DNA from: Syntrophales bacterium | Lineage (GTDB): Bacteria; Desulfobacterota; Syntrophia; Syntrophales; UBA2185 | NCBI GenBank assembly: GCA_052144335.1 | Contig: JBKQQP010000016.1 | Coordinates: 894-64,893, forward strand | Length of the DNA stretch: 64,000 nt | Direction of reading: 5' to 3' | Shown here: positions 1-9,348 of the stretch, in pieces | Position numbering within the stretch: position 1 is the stretch's first letter | Layout of the letters: the number at the start of each line of letters is the position of its first letter | Notes under the pieces: generated by a model | Databases searched by the model: none | What the model saw: the letters and a program-made list of their open reading frames with translations, nothing else | Told to the model about the DNA's origin: nothing | Translations under genes and position numbers: made by a program

Positions 1-164
1 TGCATTATCTTGCGCACGGAGTATAATGGGAAACATAATGGGTGTCAATTACAAATGACCGCGCCTAGCGGCGCGCCGGTGGTTTTTCAGCATTCTCCGA
101 TGATAATAAGATGTCCGCCTTCCCTAGCGCTGCATTTACCACAAACGCCCCTATCGACTGATGC

Positions 165-193
165 TTGACATAATCAACGGGGCGTCATATAGT
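165..193 (+). promoter_or_regulatory. sigma70-type promoter
   Basis: TTGACA (165-170), 17-nt spacer, TATAGT (188-193), upstream of the small ORF at 324 and the RRM gene. Confidence 0.7.
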
Positions 194-323
194 AAATTAA
201 CTTTTAGAGCCGGTGTTTGTCCGAGTCCCATACCCAGAGCTTAAAAAGGGCGCTGGGTTTTTTAGGGCTTAAAGTGATTTCCTCAAAGCGGCACAGACTG
301 CGCCGTATGAAGGCAGGTGGAAT

Positions 324-482
324 ATGGCAAGGCAAAGTCAAAACAAGTTTATCAAGAGGCAAAAGGAACTTGAGCGCATGCGCAAGGCAAAAGAAAAGAT
401 GCTGAGGCGCCAAGGCAAGAAAGACAAGGTGATGGAGCATGATGAGGCGCCGGCATCGGGCGAGCCGGCAGATCAGCCCTGA
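324..482 (+). CDS. small basic hypothetical protein, 52 aa (MARQSQNKFIKRQKELERMRKAKEKMLRRQGKK...ADQP); not in the ORF track
   Basis: Translated by hand; ATG at 324 preceded by purine-rich AGGCAGGTGG, TGA at 480-482; lies between a consensus promoter and the RRM gene. Confidence 0.65.
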   Translation: MARQSQNKFIKRQKELERMRKAKEKMLRRQGKKDKVMEHDEAPASGEPADQP

Positions 483-751
483 ACGCCGCGGGCGATTTAA
501 TGTCAGCAGTTTGGCAAATGCCCTCAAACGGTCACCGGTGCGACAGATATCTGATTCCTGTGAGGGTGATAGAGTCTGCTTCAAGTCTTCTGCACAGACA
601 GCGGTATCTACGGATGAAAGCACTGTCTTCACTTATTCCCCTTTTATATAGCGAAAACAAGGCCGTATCCATTAATTAAAGAGCGAAAAATTTAAATATA
701 CAAAAGAAGAATAAACGAATATAATGCCCCAAATTAAATGAAGGAGATGTT

Positions 752-1048
752 ATGAATATTTATGTAGGGAACTTGGCTTACACCGTTACGGAAGAAGATT
801 TACGTCAGGCTTTTGGAGAATTCGGGCAGGTAGCGTCCGCGTCCATCATCAAGGACCAGTCCAGCGGCCATTCCAAGGGGTTCGGATTTGTTGAGATGCC
901 GTCGACCGAGGAAGCGCAGGCGGCGATCAGCGGCCTCAATGGCAAAGAGGTGAAAGGACGGAAGCTGAACGTGAATGAGGCGCGTCCCCGCACTGAGGAT
1001 CGCCGTGGCGGCGGCGGAAGACGTCCCGGCGGCAGACCGCGCTATTAA
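752..1048 (+). CDS. RNA recognition motif (RRM) RNA-binding protein with Gly/Arg-rich tail
   Basis: RNP2 NIYVGNL, RNP1 KGFGFVEM, C-terminal RRGGGGRRPGGR; RBS AAGGAG. Confidence 0.95.
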   Translation: MNIYVGNLAYTVTEEDLRQAFGEFGQVASASIIKDQSSGHSKGFGFVEMPSTEEAQAAISGLNGKEVKGRKLNVNEARPRTEDRRGGGGRRPGGRPRY

Positions 1049-1070
1049 GAATTTCAATACTGCTATTAAA

Positions 1071-1243
1071 AGCTTTGAAAATTTCCCATCTTGTCATTTC
1101 TACCCTTCAGTTTACTCAGAGTAAACTTCGGGAGAAATCTTATTGACCGTTCATAAATCATAAGATTGACACGTCGCCGCCCCTTTGCATTGCACGGCGC
1201 TGCGGCTTACCATAGCGATGACACTACGCGGGTTTTCAAAGTT
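1071..1243. repeat. degenerate REP/MITE-like palindromic intergenic element
   Basis: Terminal inverted repeat CTTTGAAAA (1073-1081) / TTTTCAAAG (1233-1241); internal TGTCAT...ATGACA and AATCTTA...TAAGATT arms and a GTTTACTC/GAGTAAAC hairpin. Confidence 0.5.
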
Positions 1244-1332
1244 ATCAAGTGTAAGAAAGGATATCGCGACTGCGCCAATCGCAGAACTGATCGGCACAAA
1301 AGTTCCACCCATTGCCTTAATTATTTCATGCC

Positions 1333-1773
1333 ATGAATAAACGCCAAACTTTACTTATCTTTCTTTTGCCAATCATTTTCTCCATCGGTTTGCTTCTTAC
1401 TTCCTGCAAGGAAGAGGGAGAAGTCATCTCCAAGCCGGACGAATACAGGCACATCTATGAAGCAAACGAAAATAAACTCCTTACAGCTATCGCACATGTA
1501 CTCAGTGAGAAGGGCTTCGGATCTGTCGCGATAAATCAGGAGAAGAACGAGGTGGAATCGGGTTACCTGATTCAGGAGGACTGGAGGACCAAGAGCATAG
1601 CCCGTGTGAAACAGATCAACTGGAAGGAATGTGAACTTGTCCTCTCCGTCATCGCAGAGAAGAAGACGTCAACGGGCTGGGAGATGCGGAGGCTTCTAGG
1701 AGAAAAACAGTACGATACATTCTTCAACGCCATCGAACTTCAGCTTTATCAAGAGATGTATAAGGTCAAATAG
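1333..1773 (+). CDS. putative lipoprotein of unknown function
   Basis: Basic N-terminus, hydrophobic stretch and lipobox LLTS-C. Confidence 0.75.
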   Translation: MNKRQTLLIFLLPIIFSIGLLLTSCKEEGEVISKPDEYRHIYEANENKLLTAIAHVLSEKGFGSVAINQEKNEVESGYLIQEDWRTKSIARVKQINWKECELVLSVIAEKKTSTGWEMRRLLGEKQYDTFFNAIELQLYQEMYKVK

Positions 1774-1795
1774 GGCGGCAGCAGGCAAAGGCCGA

Positions 1796-2596
1796 TTACT
1801 TGCGCCAATGCTTCCTGTTGTGTGTGTAAAATTGTTCAACGATGCGTTCCATTTCCTGGGGAGCGATAATCTTGCGATCGGTGAAGAAACTGCCGATGAG
1901 AGGCTGCAGCATTCTCTGTCTCGCAAGCAGGATGGTTCGCTGATAGCTGCTGATGTACCCGCAGCGAAGAGCGCATTCACAAAATTTCTCACCTCTGCGC
2001 CGCATAGATATAATCGCCAGGATGTCGTCCCGATCCAGCCAGTCCCATCGTAAAGCAATGTTGCCAACCATCGGCCGTTTGCTTTTTTGCCATACGATAG
2101 CCTCGATCAGGCTTTTCATCGAAATGATGCCGCTGTAATACAGAAACCGCCCAAGGAGAAGCTTTTTTCTCGGAAGCCCTCCCTGCCAGAGATGTTCACT
2201 CATTCCCTGATACCTGCTTCGATGTGCGCCGCTTCCCGTCCTTATATGCTCATGCGATTCATATGTGTTTTGTTTTCTTCTTACTGACTCATGTTCGTAG
2301 GATCGGTGGGCGGCATAGCCGCTATGCGGGTATCTCCAGGGGTATTCGAGAAATGTGTTTAGTTGATTGTAGGCAAGGTTTATTTCTCGGAAACGCTCTG
2401 CCAGGATTAAGGGCGATTCGGCAAGCGCTGTGGCACGGTCAGGGTGCGCCTCCAAAGCCCTCTTCCTGTATGCCCTCTTCAGACTGGAAGCCTTGAGGCA
2501 GTTCAGGAAATGTCTGGAAATATTTGCATCGGTGCCGAACAAGACAGTACAGGCCTTGTGAAGGTCTGATGATGTGGACGCCATTTTGTCCTGCAT
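1796..2596 (-). CDS. J-domain (DnaJ-like) protein with C-terminal MshEN-like helical repeats
   Basis: LKRAYRKRALEAHPD...FREINLAYNQL J-domain motif; start set at ATG 2596 behind GGGGAG (ORF track extends to 2629). Confidence 0.8.
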   Translation of the reverse strand: MQDKMASTSSDLHKACTVLFGTDANISRHFLNCLKASSLKRAYRKRALEAHPDRATALAESPLILAERFREINLAYNQLNTFLEYPWRYPHSGYAAHRSYEHESVRRKQNTYESHEHIRTGSGAHRSRYQGMSEHLWQGGLPRKKLLLGRFLYYSGIISMKSLIEAIVWQKSKRPMVGNIALRWDWLDRDDILAIISMRRRGEKFCECALRCGYISSYQRTILLARQRMLQPLIGSFFTDRKIIAPQEMERIVEQFYTHNRKHWRK

Positions 2597-3089
2597 TAGT
2601 TCTCCCCGTTCGCCTGCTTCCGGATTCAATTGAGGATATTCCGATTAACCTGATTTATATTTATCATGGGCAACGCGAACTTCGCAAGAAAGAAAAAGGC
2701 GAGGAGGGTAAGTGGAGTGGCCTGCTAAATGACATCCTTCCCCTGATGAGCTGTAGCGATTGTAATGTCAACGAAAAGTTTGAGTGTCCTGTCTTTTTTT
2801 GTTTGATGCCGTGCCGGAACTGATGGAGAGACGGCTCTTGACTTATATCTTATCCGTTACTCGAGATCGGCAACGGGACTTCATGTGAATATATTTGGTA
2901 TGGTAAAAGAGGTAGAGTAGGATAATATGCTTGCAACTTTGTTCGAAGTTGAAGCCGAAAGAGTTCTGGAGGTTCAGACGAATATATTGATGAATATTAC
3001 TTTGTATTTCTAAGAACGCAATACGGGGGGAAAGCCGGTATTGCAAAATACACATCTGTCATATTAGTCATCAATCCAATATGTTATAA

Positions 3090-3956
3090 CTAGTCTCCGA
3101 TCCAGCTTGTGATGTATTCGCAAAGGGTGTCCGGCTTTTCGATCTCTGGCTCCTTAATGTTCCACTTGCCTTTCAAGCCAAGTTCGCCCGCAGTGAGTTC
3201 AAAGTGGCACATGGCGATGCCCATATCCAACCGCTGCAAATCAGCTATATTTAAAAGCCTGAAGGTAAAGCTCTTGCCGTACCCCTTGGTACGCTGCATA
3301 TAGAAGTGCCACGAATTACCGTCTTTGAAAATTCTCCAGGGTTGCTTGTTTGAAGCGGAAGGCGCTATCCGCACCATTTCCAGCGGCGCTGCATAAGGAC
3401 CCGCTTCATTAGGTGAGAGAGGAATGCCAAACTTCTCCCGGAAGAAAAGATTATCCCATGGTTTCCTGTTGTGTCCTCCCACAATCTGGCGGATCGTAAC
3501 CCCCTCTTGCTCCTTCTTCAAAATATATCCGACAGAAGCTACGGCAGGCACAAGTTCGTTAGCAGTCGCAGAAATCTTTTTTGCAAAGCTGCTCCTGGTG
3601 AAACTGCCTCCCAGCCAGCAAGTGCCGAGCCCCATGTCCGTCGCAAAGAGAATTACGCGCTCCATCATGCAGCCAAAGTCTTCCAGGTTCTTTGAAGAAG
3701 GTCCCGCGGCGCCCACGATGAATCCCGATGCGCCCTTGATAAAGCCGTATGTGCCCAGTCCCTTCAGGGCCTTTCCATCCTGGTGTGTCGCTGCTATGAG
3801 TTTAAAGCGCACTGCCGCGCCGAATGGCCCTCTGCCGATTGCGGACAGGAAATCGGACAGGCGCTCCCCGTCTTCCTCCGCGATGGGCTTGTCAATATAT
3901 GTCCGGCAGGAAAAGCGTTTCCGAATGATCTCTGTTACGGGTTTACTGTAAAGCAT
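3090..3956 (-). CDS. nitroreductase family protein (two-domain, TM1586-like)
   Basis: IRKRFSCRTY, GLGTCWLGG, RIAPSASNKQPWR, DMGIAMCHF motifs. Confidence 0.9.
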   Translation of the reverse strand: MLYSKPVTEIIRKRFSCRTYIDKPIAEEDGERLSDFLSAIGRGPFGAAVRFKLIAATHQDGKALKGLGTYGFIKGASGFIVGAAGPSSKNLEDFGCMMERVILFATDMGLGTCWLGGSFTRSSFAKKISATANELVPAVASVGYILKKEQEGVTIRQIVGGHNRKPWDNLFFREKFGIPLSPNEAGPYAAPLEMVRIAPSASNKQPWRIFKDGNSWHFYMQRTKGYGKSFTFRLLNIADLQRLDMGIAMCHFELTAGELGLKGKWNIKEPEIEKPDTLCEYITSWIGD

Positions 3957-3980
3957 AATTAATTTCCATTCAACAGTACA

Positions 3981-5111
3981 CTACATGCGGGACGCGGGCT
4001 CGCGCGCCGGCACAGTTACGAACATGCCGCCGACGCATAAGGCCGCAGCGAAAAGCATAACGCCGCGGTACCCCCAACCATGGGCAATGAGACCGCCGAG
4101 CAGCGGACCCACGGCATTACACAAATTAAGGGTGGACTGGAATATGCCCCCGGCAGTGCCCTTTTCTTTTCCGGCGCGCAATACGATCAACAGGGCGCCG
4201 ACATAGAGGCATGACCAAGCCACTCCCAGGATCACCTGCACTATAACCAGGGCAAACCGGCTTGTGAAAAAAGCATATGCTAAAAACACGAAAACTGAAA
4301 GTACCTGACCCCAGAAGAAAGTCTTGAATTCGGAAAACCTCTCGAGCTGTCGCATTACTAAAAATTGCATGGCATAATTAATTCCCCAGAGAAGACCGAC
4401 CCAAAAATGATCGAGGCCTATGGAGACCAGATACAACGGGAAAATTACCCAGACGGCGCTCGCCCCCAGATGACGGAGGAATACAGCAAAGTAAACCTTA
4501 TAGTCGCGACGCATGACAAGCCACAGATTGGGAGGTTTGGAGAATTTATACGTAGGCATCTTTTGAAAGGCCAGGGAGATGAAAAAAGCCAGTAGGCAAA
4601 ACAGAAAACTGAGCCAGAAAAGAAGTTCAATGTCGCCAACCATTGCTGCCGCGGCAGCGCCGAAAATCCATCCCAGGGACCCGTAGGAGCTGTATTTCCC
4701 CATATTGGCGCCGCATTCGAAGGCGTATGTGAGCGTTGCTGCAACGGCAATGCCAAGTGCAAAGCCTACTGCCGCCCGAACGACAATCAATGCCGTGACA
4801 CTGTGCGCGAGGAGCTGGGCGACGAAAGCCACACTGCTTGTCAGAAGCCCCCACCGCACAAACAGAAGCCTTCCCAAGTGGTCGGACTTCCAGCCCGAAA
4901 TGAGAGAAGAAAACAAGAACGCGACCCCATAGGCTGCACCCACAATGCCGACTTCAAAGTCGGACGCCCCCAATTCCACGCCGAGAAGGGGAACAAAGAT
5001 AAATGAGCTCATCGTGGCGAAACTGAGAAAAAAATTAACGAGGCTTATGAGCCAACGGTAGGACTCGCCTCCCGGCTGATCTACCTTCTCTATAATATCT
5101 TGTTCAAGCAT
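3981..5111 (-). CDS. major facilitator superfamily transporter
   Basis: About 12 hydrophobic segments; motif-A-like GWKSDHLGR; GPLLGGLIA in the C-terminal half. Confidence 0.9.
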   Translation of the reverse strand: MLEQDIIEKVDQPGGESYRWLISLVNFFLSFATMSSFIFVPLLGVELGASDFEVGIVGAAYGVAFLFSSLISGWKSDHLGRLLFVRWGLLTSSVAFVAQLLAHSVTALIVVRAAVGFALGIAVAATLTYAFECGANMGKYSSYGSLGWIFGAAAAAMVGDIELLFWLSFLFCLLAFFISLAFQKMPTYKFSKPPNLWLVMRRDYKVYFAVFLRHLGASAVWVIFPLYLVSIGLDHFWVGLLWGINYAMQFLVMRQLERFSEFKTFFWGQVLSVFVFLAYAFFTSRFALVIVQVILGVAWSCLYVGALLIVLRAGKEKGTAGGIFQSTLNLCNAVGPLLGGLIAHGWGYRGVMLFAAALCVGGMFVTVPAREPASRM

Positions 5112-5164
5112 GATGATTCGTTATCGCATAGACACGGCTATCATATCAACTTCTGCAAAAACAG

Positions 5165-5189
5165 AAAAACCCCGGAAGGGCCTCCAGGG
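5165..5189 (-). terminator. Rho-independent terminator of the kor-hdr operon
   Basis: On the minus strand CCCUGGAG-GCCC-UUCCGGGG followed by UUUUU, about 90 nt after the hdrA-mvhD stop. Confidence 0.7.
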
Positions 5190-5278
5190 CTCATTTTCTT
5201 AATTTGCCGGGAATATATTATTTAATGCATAGCTCTCGCATCCTTTTTGTCCTAGTTGCGATCCCGTTTTGAAATTAA

Positions 5279-7735
5279 TTAACGATCGTTTGCAGCGGCC
5301 GATGCCTTGCTTTTCGAGCGGGTCTTTTGCTCCTTCACGATGCGCATCGTTTCGGCGATCTCCTTGGGAGTGACACTCTTCCTGATCTTTTCCATCTTCT
5401 CCATGACCGCTTGAAAGCGCAGTCCTTCCGCCGCGCTTATCCACTCCAGGCCCAGCCTTTCGGTGCGGAGTCCCATCTTTTCCATCTTCTTCCAAATGCG
5501 CTTGATACGCCGCTCCGTCCACTGATTGGCGTTCATGTAGTGGCAGTCGCCGATGTGACATCCCGACACCAGCACTGCGGGCGCTCCTTTGGCAAAGGCG
5601 CGCCAGATGAACTTCTCGTGCACTCTACCGGAGCACATGGTCCGGATCAGGCGGGTGTTGGGTGGGTAGTGAAGCCTCGACACACCGGCAAAATCGGCGC
5701 CTGCATAGGAGCACCAGTTGCATGCAAAGACGGGTATCCTCTCCGCGGCATTCCCTTCGAGTACGGCATCGATCTGAGCCTCGATCTGCGCGTCTGTAAA
5801 ATGGTTCATCGTAATGGCCATGGCGGGACATTCGGCCGCGCATGTGCCGCAGCCCGAACAGGCCGCTTCGGTAACTTCCGCTGCCGTCTTCGCCTTTGCG
5901 TCCACGCTGATGGCATTGTACGGGCACACCTTCGCACACAGGCCGCACGAGTTGCATAGATCGGGATCAACTGCCGCTGTGATCGCCGCCACGGTGAGCG
6001 AACCGGGATTCATGAGGCGCATGGCCCGGGCAGTCGCTGCGGAGGCCTGGGTGACGGAGTCTTTTATGTCCTTGGGACCTTCGGCGCAGCCGGCAAAGAA
6101 TATCCCCCGTGTCGCTGAATCCACCGGCTGCAACTTCGGGTGGGCCTCCAGATAGAAGCCGTCCGATGTTGTCTGGAGGGCCAGCATCTCCTGAATAGCC
6201 TTCATGTCTGCCGGAGGTTCGAGGCCTACGGCGAGTACAACCATTTCCGTGTGGTGTCTCTCCAACTCATTTGTCGCCGTGTTTTCCACTGTCAGCACGA
6301 GATCCCGCGTTCGAGGGTCCTGCTCAATGTCACCGGGGAGGCCACGGATGTAACGGACACCCATACCCTTACTGCGTCGGAAGAGATCCTCAAACCCCTT
6401 GCCGAAGGCCCGGATGTCAATATAGAACACCTTCACCTCCATGTCCGGATAGTGTTCTTTGAGCATGATCGTGCTCTTCACAGTGTTCATGCAGCAGATA
6501 TTCGAGCAGTAGGTCCGGCCCCGGCGCTGGGATCGGGAGCCCACGCATTGGACAAAAGCGACGGACTTGGGAACCTTGCTGTCCGTAAGGCGGATGACCT
6601 TGCCGCCCGTGGGCCCGCCGGCATTGATGAGCCGCTCGAGCTCCATGCTTGTCAGGACATTCTCATAACGTGTGTAGCCATACTCGTCAAGAATAGTCGG
6701 GTCATAGGCCTCCAGGCCGGTGGCTACGATGATTGTACCGACGTCGAATTCCAACTCCTCGTCGTTCATGTCAAAGTCGATGCAGCGCTTCTTGCATTTC
6801 TCGATGCACTTTCCGCAGATGATGGGATTGTGGCCCAGGCAGCGGGTGATATCCACGGCGTATGCCCCCGGCACTGCCTGCGGAAAAGGCGAGTAGATGG
6901 CCCGTCGGGTGCTCAGTCCCATGTTGAACTCATCGGGAATGATGACCGGGCAGACGTCAACGCAGTCACCGCATGCCGTGCACTCCTTCTCCTTCACGTA
7001 CCTCGCCCTCTTCAGGATGCGCACATGAAAGTTGCCCACGAATCCCCTGATCTCTTTTACCTCACTCATCGTTAAAAGTGTAATGTTGGGATGCCGACCG
7101 GCATCCGTCATCTTGGGCCCGAGTATTCAGATGGAACAGTCCATGGTGGGAAATGTCTTGTCGAGCCGTGCCATGATGCCGCCGATGCTCGGCTGCTTCT
7201 CCACGAGTATCACCTTGTAGCCAGAGTCCGCAAGATCAAGCGCGGCCTGTATCCCCGCCACGCCGCCGCCTATAACCAAGGTGGAGGGTGCCACCGGGAC
7301 ATCCATTTCCGTCTGTGCGGCAAGCAGGCGGACCCTTGATACAGCGGAGCGCACCAAGTCCCTCGCTTTAATAGTAGCATTCTTGGCATCATGGCTGTGC
7401 ACCCATGAACATTGCTCCCGGATGTTCGCCATCTCCATAAGGTAAGGGTTCAGCCCGGCTTCACTGACACACTGTCTGAACGTAGCCTCATGAAGCCGCG
7501 GTGAGCACGAGGCCACCACTACACGGTTGAGTCCGAATTCCTTTATGTCACTCTTAATCTGGTTCTGACCCGGTTCTGAGCACGTGTATCCCTGGTGCCG
7601 GCATATCACGACGTCCGCGAGCTTGCCCGCATATGCAGCTACTGCATCGCAATCGACAACGCCTGCGATATTCGATCCACACTGGCAGACATAGACGCCT
7701 ATTCTGACTGTGTTATCCTGTTTTGATTCTTCCAT
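5279..7735 (-). CDS. hdrA: selenocysteine-containing heterodisulfide reductase subunit A fused to a C-terminal MvhD domain (818 aa with UGA read-through)
   Basis: ORFs 7127..7735 and 5279..7111 are in frame, joined by [20 protein letters not shown] (HdrA DCxxC motif). GGGVAG FAD motif, QCVGSR...CSNICC, inserted and C-terminal ferredoxin motifs, MvhD motifs [25 protein letters not shown]. Confidence 0.92.
7089..7106 (-). promoter_or_regulatory. bacterial SECIS-like hairpin
   Basis: mRNA GGAUGCC-GGUC-GGCAUCC; 27 nt separate the in-frame UGA from the loop; the GGUC loop resembles the E. coli fdhF SECIS loop. Confidence 0.85.
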
Positions 7736-7764
7736 TAATCATCCTCTTGATTCAAACCTCTGTA

Positions 7765-8919
7765 CTAAGCGATCTGGTCGGCCAGAACGGAGACCAGATC
7801 CCGTATTTCCATTTGTATCTTTTTCCCCTGCATCAATGGATCGCGTATGGTGCAGGTGAGATGGATCATACATTTGGGACACGCCGTAACGAGCATGTCC
7901 GCGCCCGTTACACGCGCCTCCTCAAGCCTCTGCACCTGAATCTGCTTTGAGGAGGCATCACAATTGATGAAGCCGCAGTTGCCGCAGCACAACGCCCCTT
8001 TGCCCGAGTGTTCCATTTCCCGGAGCTCCATTTCCGGTATGAGGCCGAGCAACTCCCTCGGTCCAGAATAGCGGTTCAGCATGCGTCCAAGCCTGCACGG
8101 ATCCTGAAAAGTGACTTTGCGCTTAAGCGGCCGGAAGGCCGTACTGCCGGGCTGCATTTCCCGTTGGAGGAGGTCGATCAGCAAAGTTACTCTGACGTCA
8201 AATCCCGGGATGATGCGCGGCATGTGTTCACTCAAGACCTGAAAACATTCAGGGCACGAGACGATGAGCTCCTTCACCCCGGCGTCCTTGAAGGATGCGT
8301 AGTTCAGCCGGCAGAGCGCTTCAAAATTTTCGATATCTCCGGACCAGAGCAGGTCGTGTCCGCAGCACTTTTCATTGGGTAGGAGAACCGGCTTGATGTC
8401 CAGGAAGTTGAGCAGCCGTATGCTGTCTCTGGCTATAGACAGCGTATCTACATCGATGCCGGCAAAGAAGACATTGAAATAGGGCGCGCACCCGGTAAAA
8501 AATGCGACTTCTCCTGACGAAGCGACTTTAATGCCTGGATCGAGCCAGTCGAGGCGGTTCTGCTTGAGGCGCGGAGCGGTCATCATCCTCATCCAGGAAT
8601 GGATGGCGCCGTCGTGGGCGCGGTAGCCCTTCAAGCCTTTAGTTTCAGCCAGCAGTGTGCGCATTTCCAGGATGAAACGATTGAAGTCCACGCCCGACGG
8701 GCAGCGTTCACGGCATACGCCGCAAGTCAGGCATTCCCATACCGAATTTTCGATATAGGCATCATCCTCGCGCTCGGAGATCACTTTGTGCACCAATAAT
8801 CTGGGGGAGTATTCCTTTCCTGATAGCTTTCGCGGGCACGAAGCTGTACACTTGCCGCACTCCAGGCACTGATACAGTGACATATCTATGATCATCTGAT
8901 CGATCTTTGGATCGTTCAA
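7765..8919 (-). CDS. HdrD-like Fe-S oxidoreductase (2x[4Fe-4S] plus two CCG domains)
   Basis: CLECGKCTASCP, CLTCGVCRERCP, FFTGC...CCG...CPEC, QDPC...CCG...CPKC; probable TTG start at 8919 overlapping the mvhD TGA, behind GGAGG. Confidence 0.9.
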   Translation of the reverse strand: MNDPKIDQMIIDMSLYQCLECGKCTASCPRKLSGKEYSPRLLVHKVISEREDDAYIENSVWECLTCGVCRERCPSGVDFNRFILEMRTLLAETKGLKGYRAHDGAIHSWMRMMTAPRLKQNRLDWLDPGIKVASSGEVAFFTGCAPYFNVFFAGIDVDTLSIARDSIRLLNFLDIKPVLLPNEKCCGHDLLWSGDIENFEALCRLNYASFKDAGVKELIVSCPECFQVLSEHMPRIIPGFDVRVTLLIDLLQREMQPGSTAFRPLKRKVTFQDPCRLGRMLNRYSGPRELLGLIPEMELREMEHSGKGALCCGNCGFINCDASSKQIQVQRLEEARVTGADMLVTACPKCMIHLTCTIRDPLMQGKKIQMEIRDLVSVLADQIA

Positions 8920-9347
8920 CTCTTCAACTCCTCCAGTTTGCGGCCGCTCTTCGACATAAGGGGACCCAGAGCCCCTACCTCTTCCGTGAAATTCCACAAA
9001 GTCCGAACCAGCTCTTCTTTTTCATGGGCGCCGAAGGTGCGCTCCACCAGCCGTTTCTGGCGTATGCCGAGAAGGTGAAGTATCCTGCGGACGCGGTGCA
9101 CATTTTCATGGCCCACCTCAGGCCCCGGGCCATAGCGGCAATCCTCGTCCGTGCATTCCAGGAGTATTACGCCGTCTGCGCCAAACTCAAAGGCCCTCAG
9201 GATCAGCGCCTGATTGATGCGTCCGATGCACATCACCCGTATCAGGTGAAAGTTCGCAGGCATGTTCATCCCCGTCATCCCCGCTGCGTTGTAGCAGGCA
9301 AAAGGGCTCCAGTTGCAGCATATGCCCAGGATGCGGACAGGTTCCAT
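8916..9347 (-). CDS. mvhD: MvhD/FlpD-family [2Fe-2S] protein (atypical N-terminal Cys motif)
   Basis: IRVMCIGRI, AFEFGADGVILLEC...DCRYGPG; N-terminal motif is CCNWSPFAC. Confidence 0.85.
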   Translation of the reverse strand: MEPVRILGICCNWSPFACYNAAGMTGMNMPANFHLIRVMCIGRINQALILRAFEFGADGVILLECTDEDCRYGPGPEVGHENVHRVRRILHLLGIRQKRLVERTFGAHEKEELVRTLWNFTEEVGALGPLMSKSGRKLEELKS

Positions 9348-9348
9348 A

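Noticed and set aside
204-651. ORF-track calls 204..632(-), 217..405(+) and 439..651(+)
   Set aside because: No motifs or good RBS. They overlap the better-supported 52-aa ORF at 324-482 and its leader.
2927-3013. 28-aa ORF MLATLFEVEAERVLEVQTNILMNITLYF in the 2630-3090 gap
   Set aside because: Very short with no motif, so it cannot be distinguished from a chance ORF.
7127-7735. Separate 202-aa HdrA fragment, or nonsense-mutated hdrA pseudogene
   Set aside because: The stop is a TGA at a conserved Cys position, in frame with the downstream ORF and followed by a SECIS-like hairpin, and selA is present. Selenocysteine read-through explains it better.
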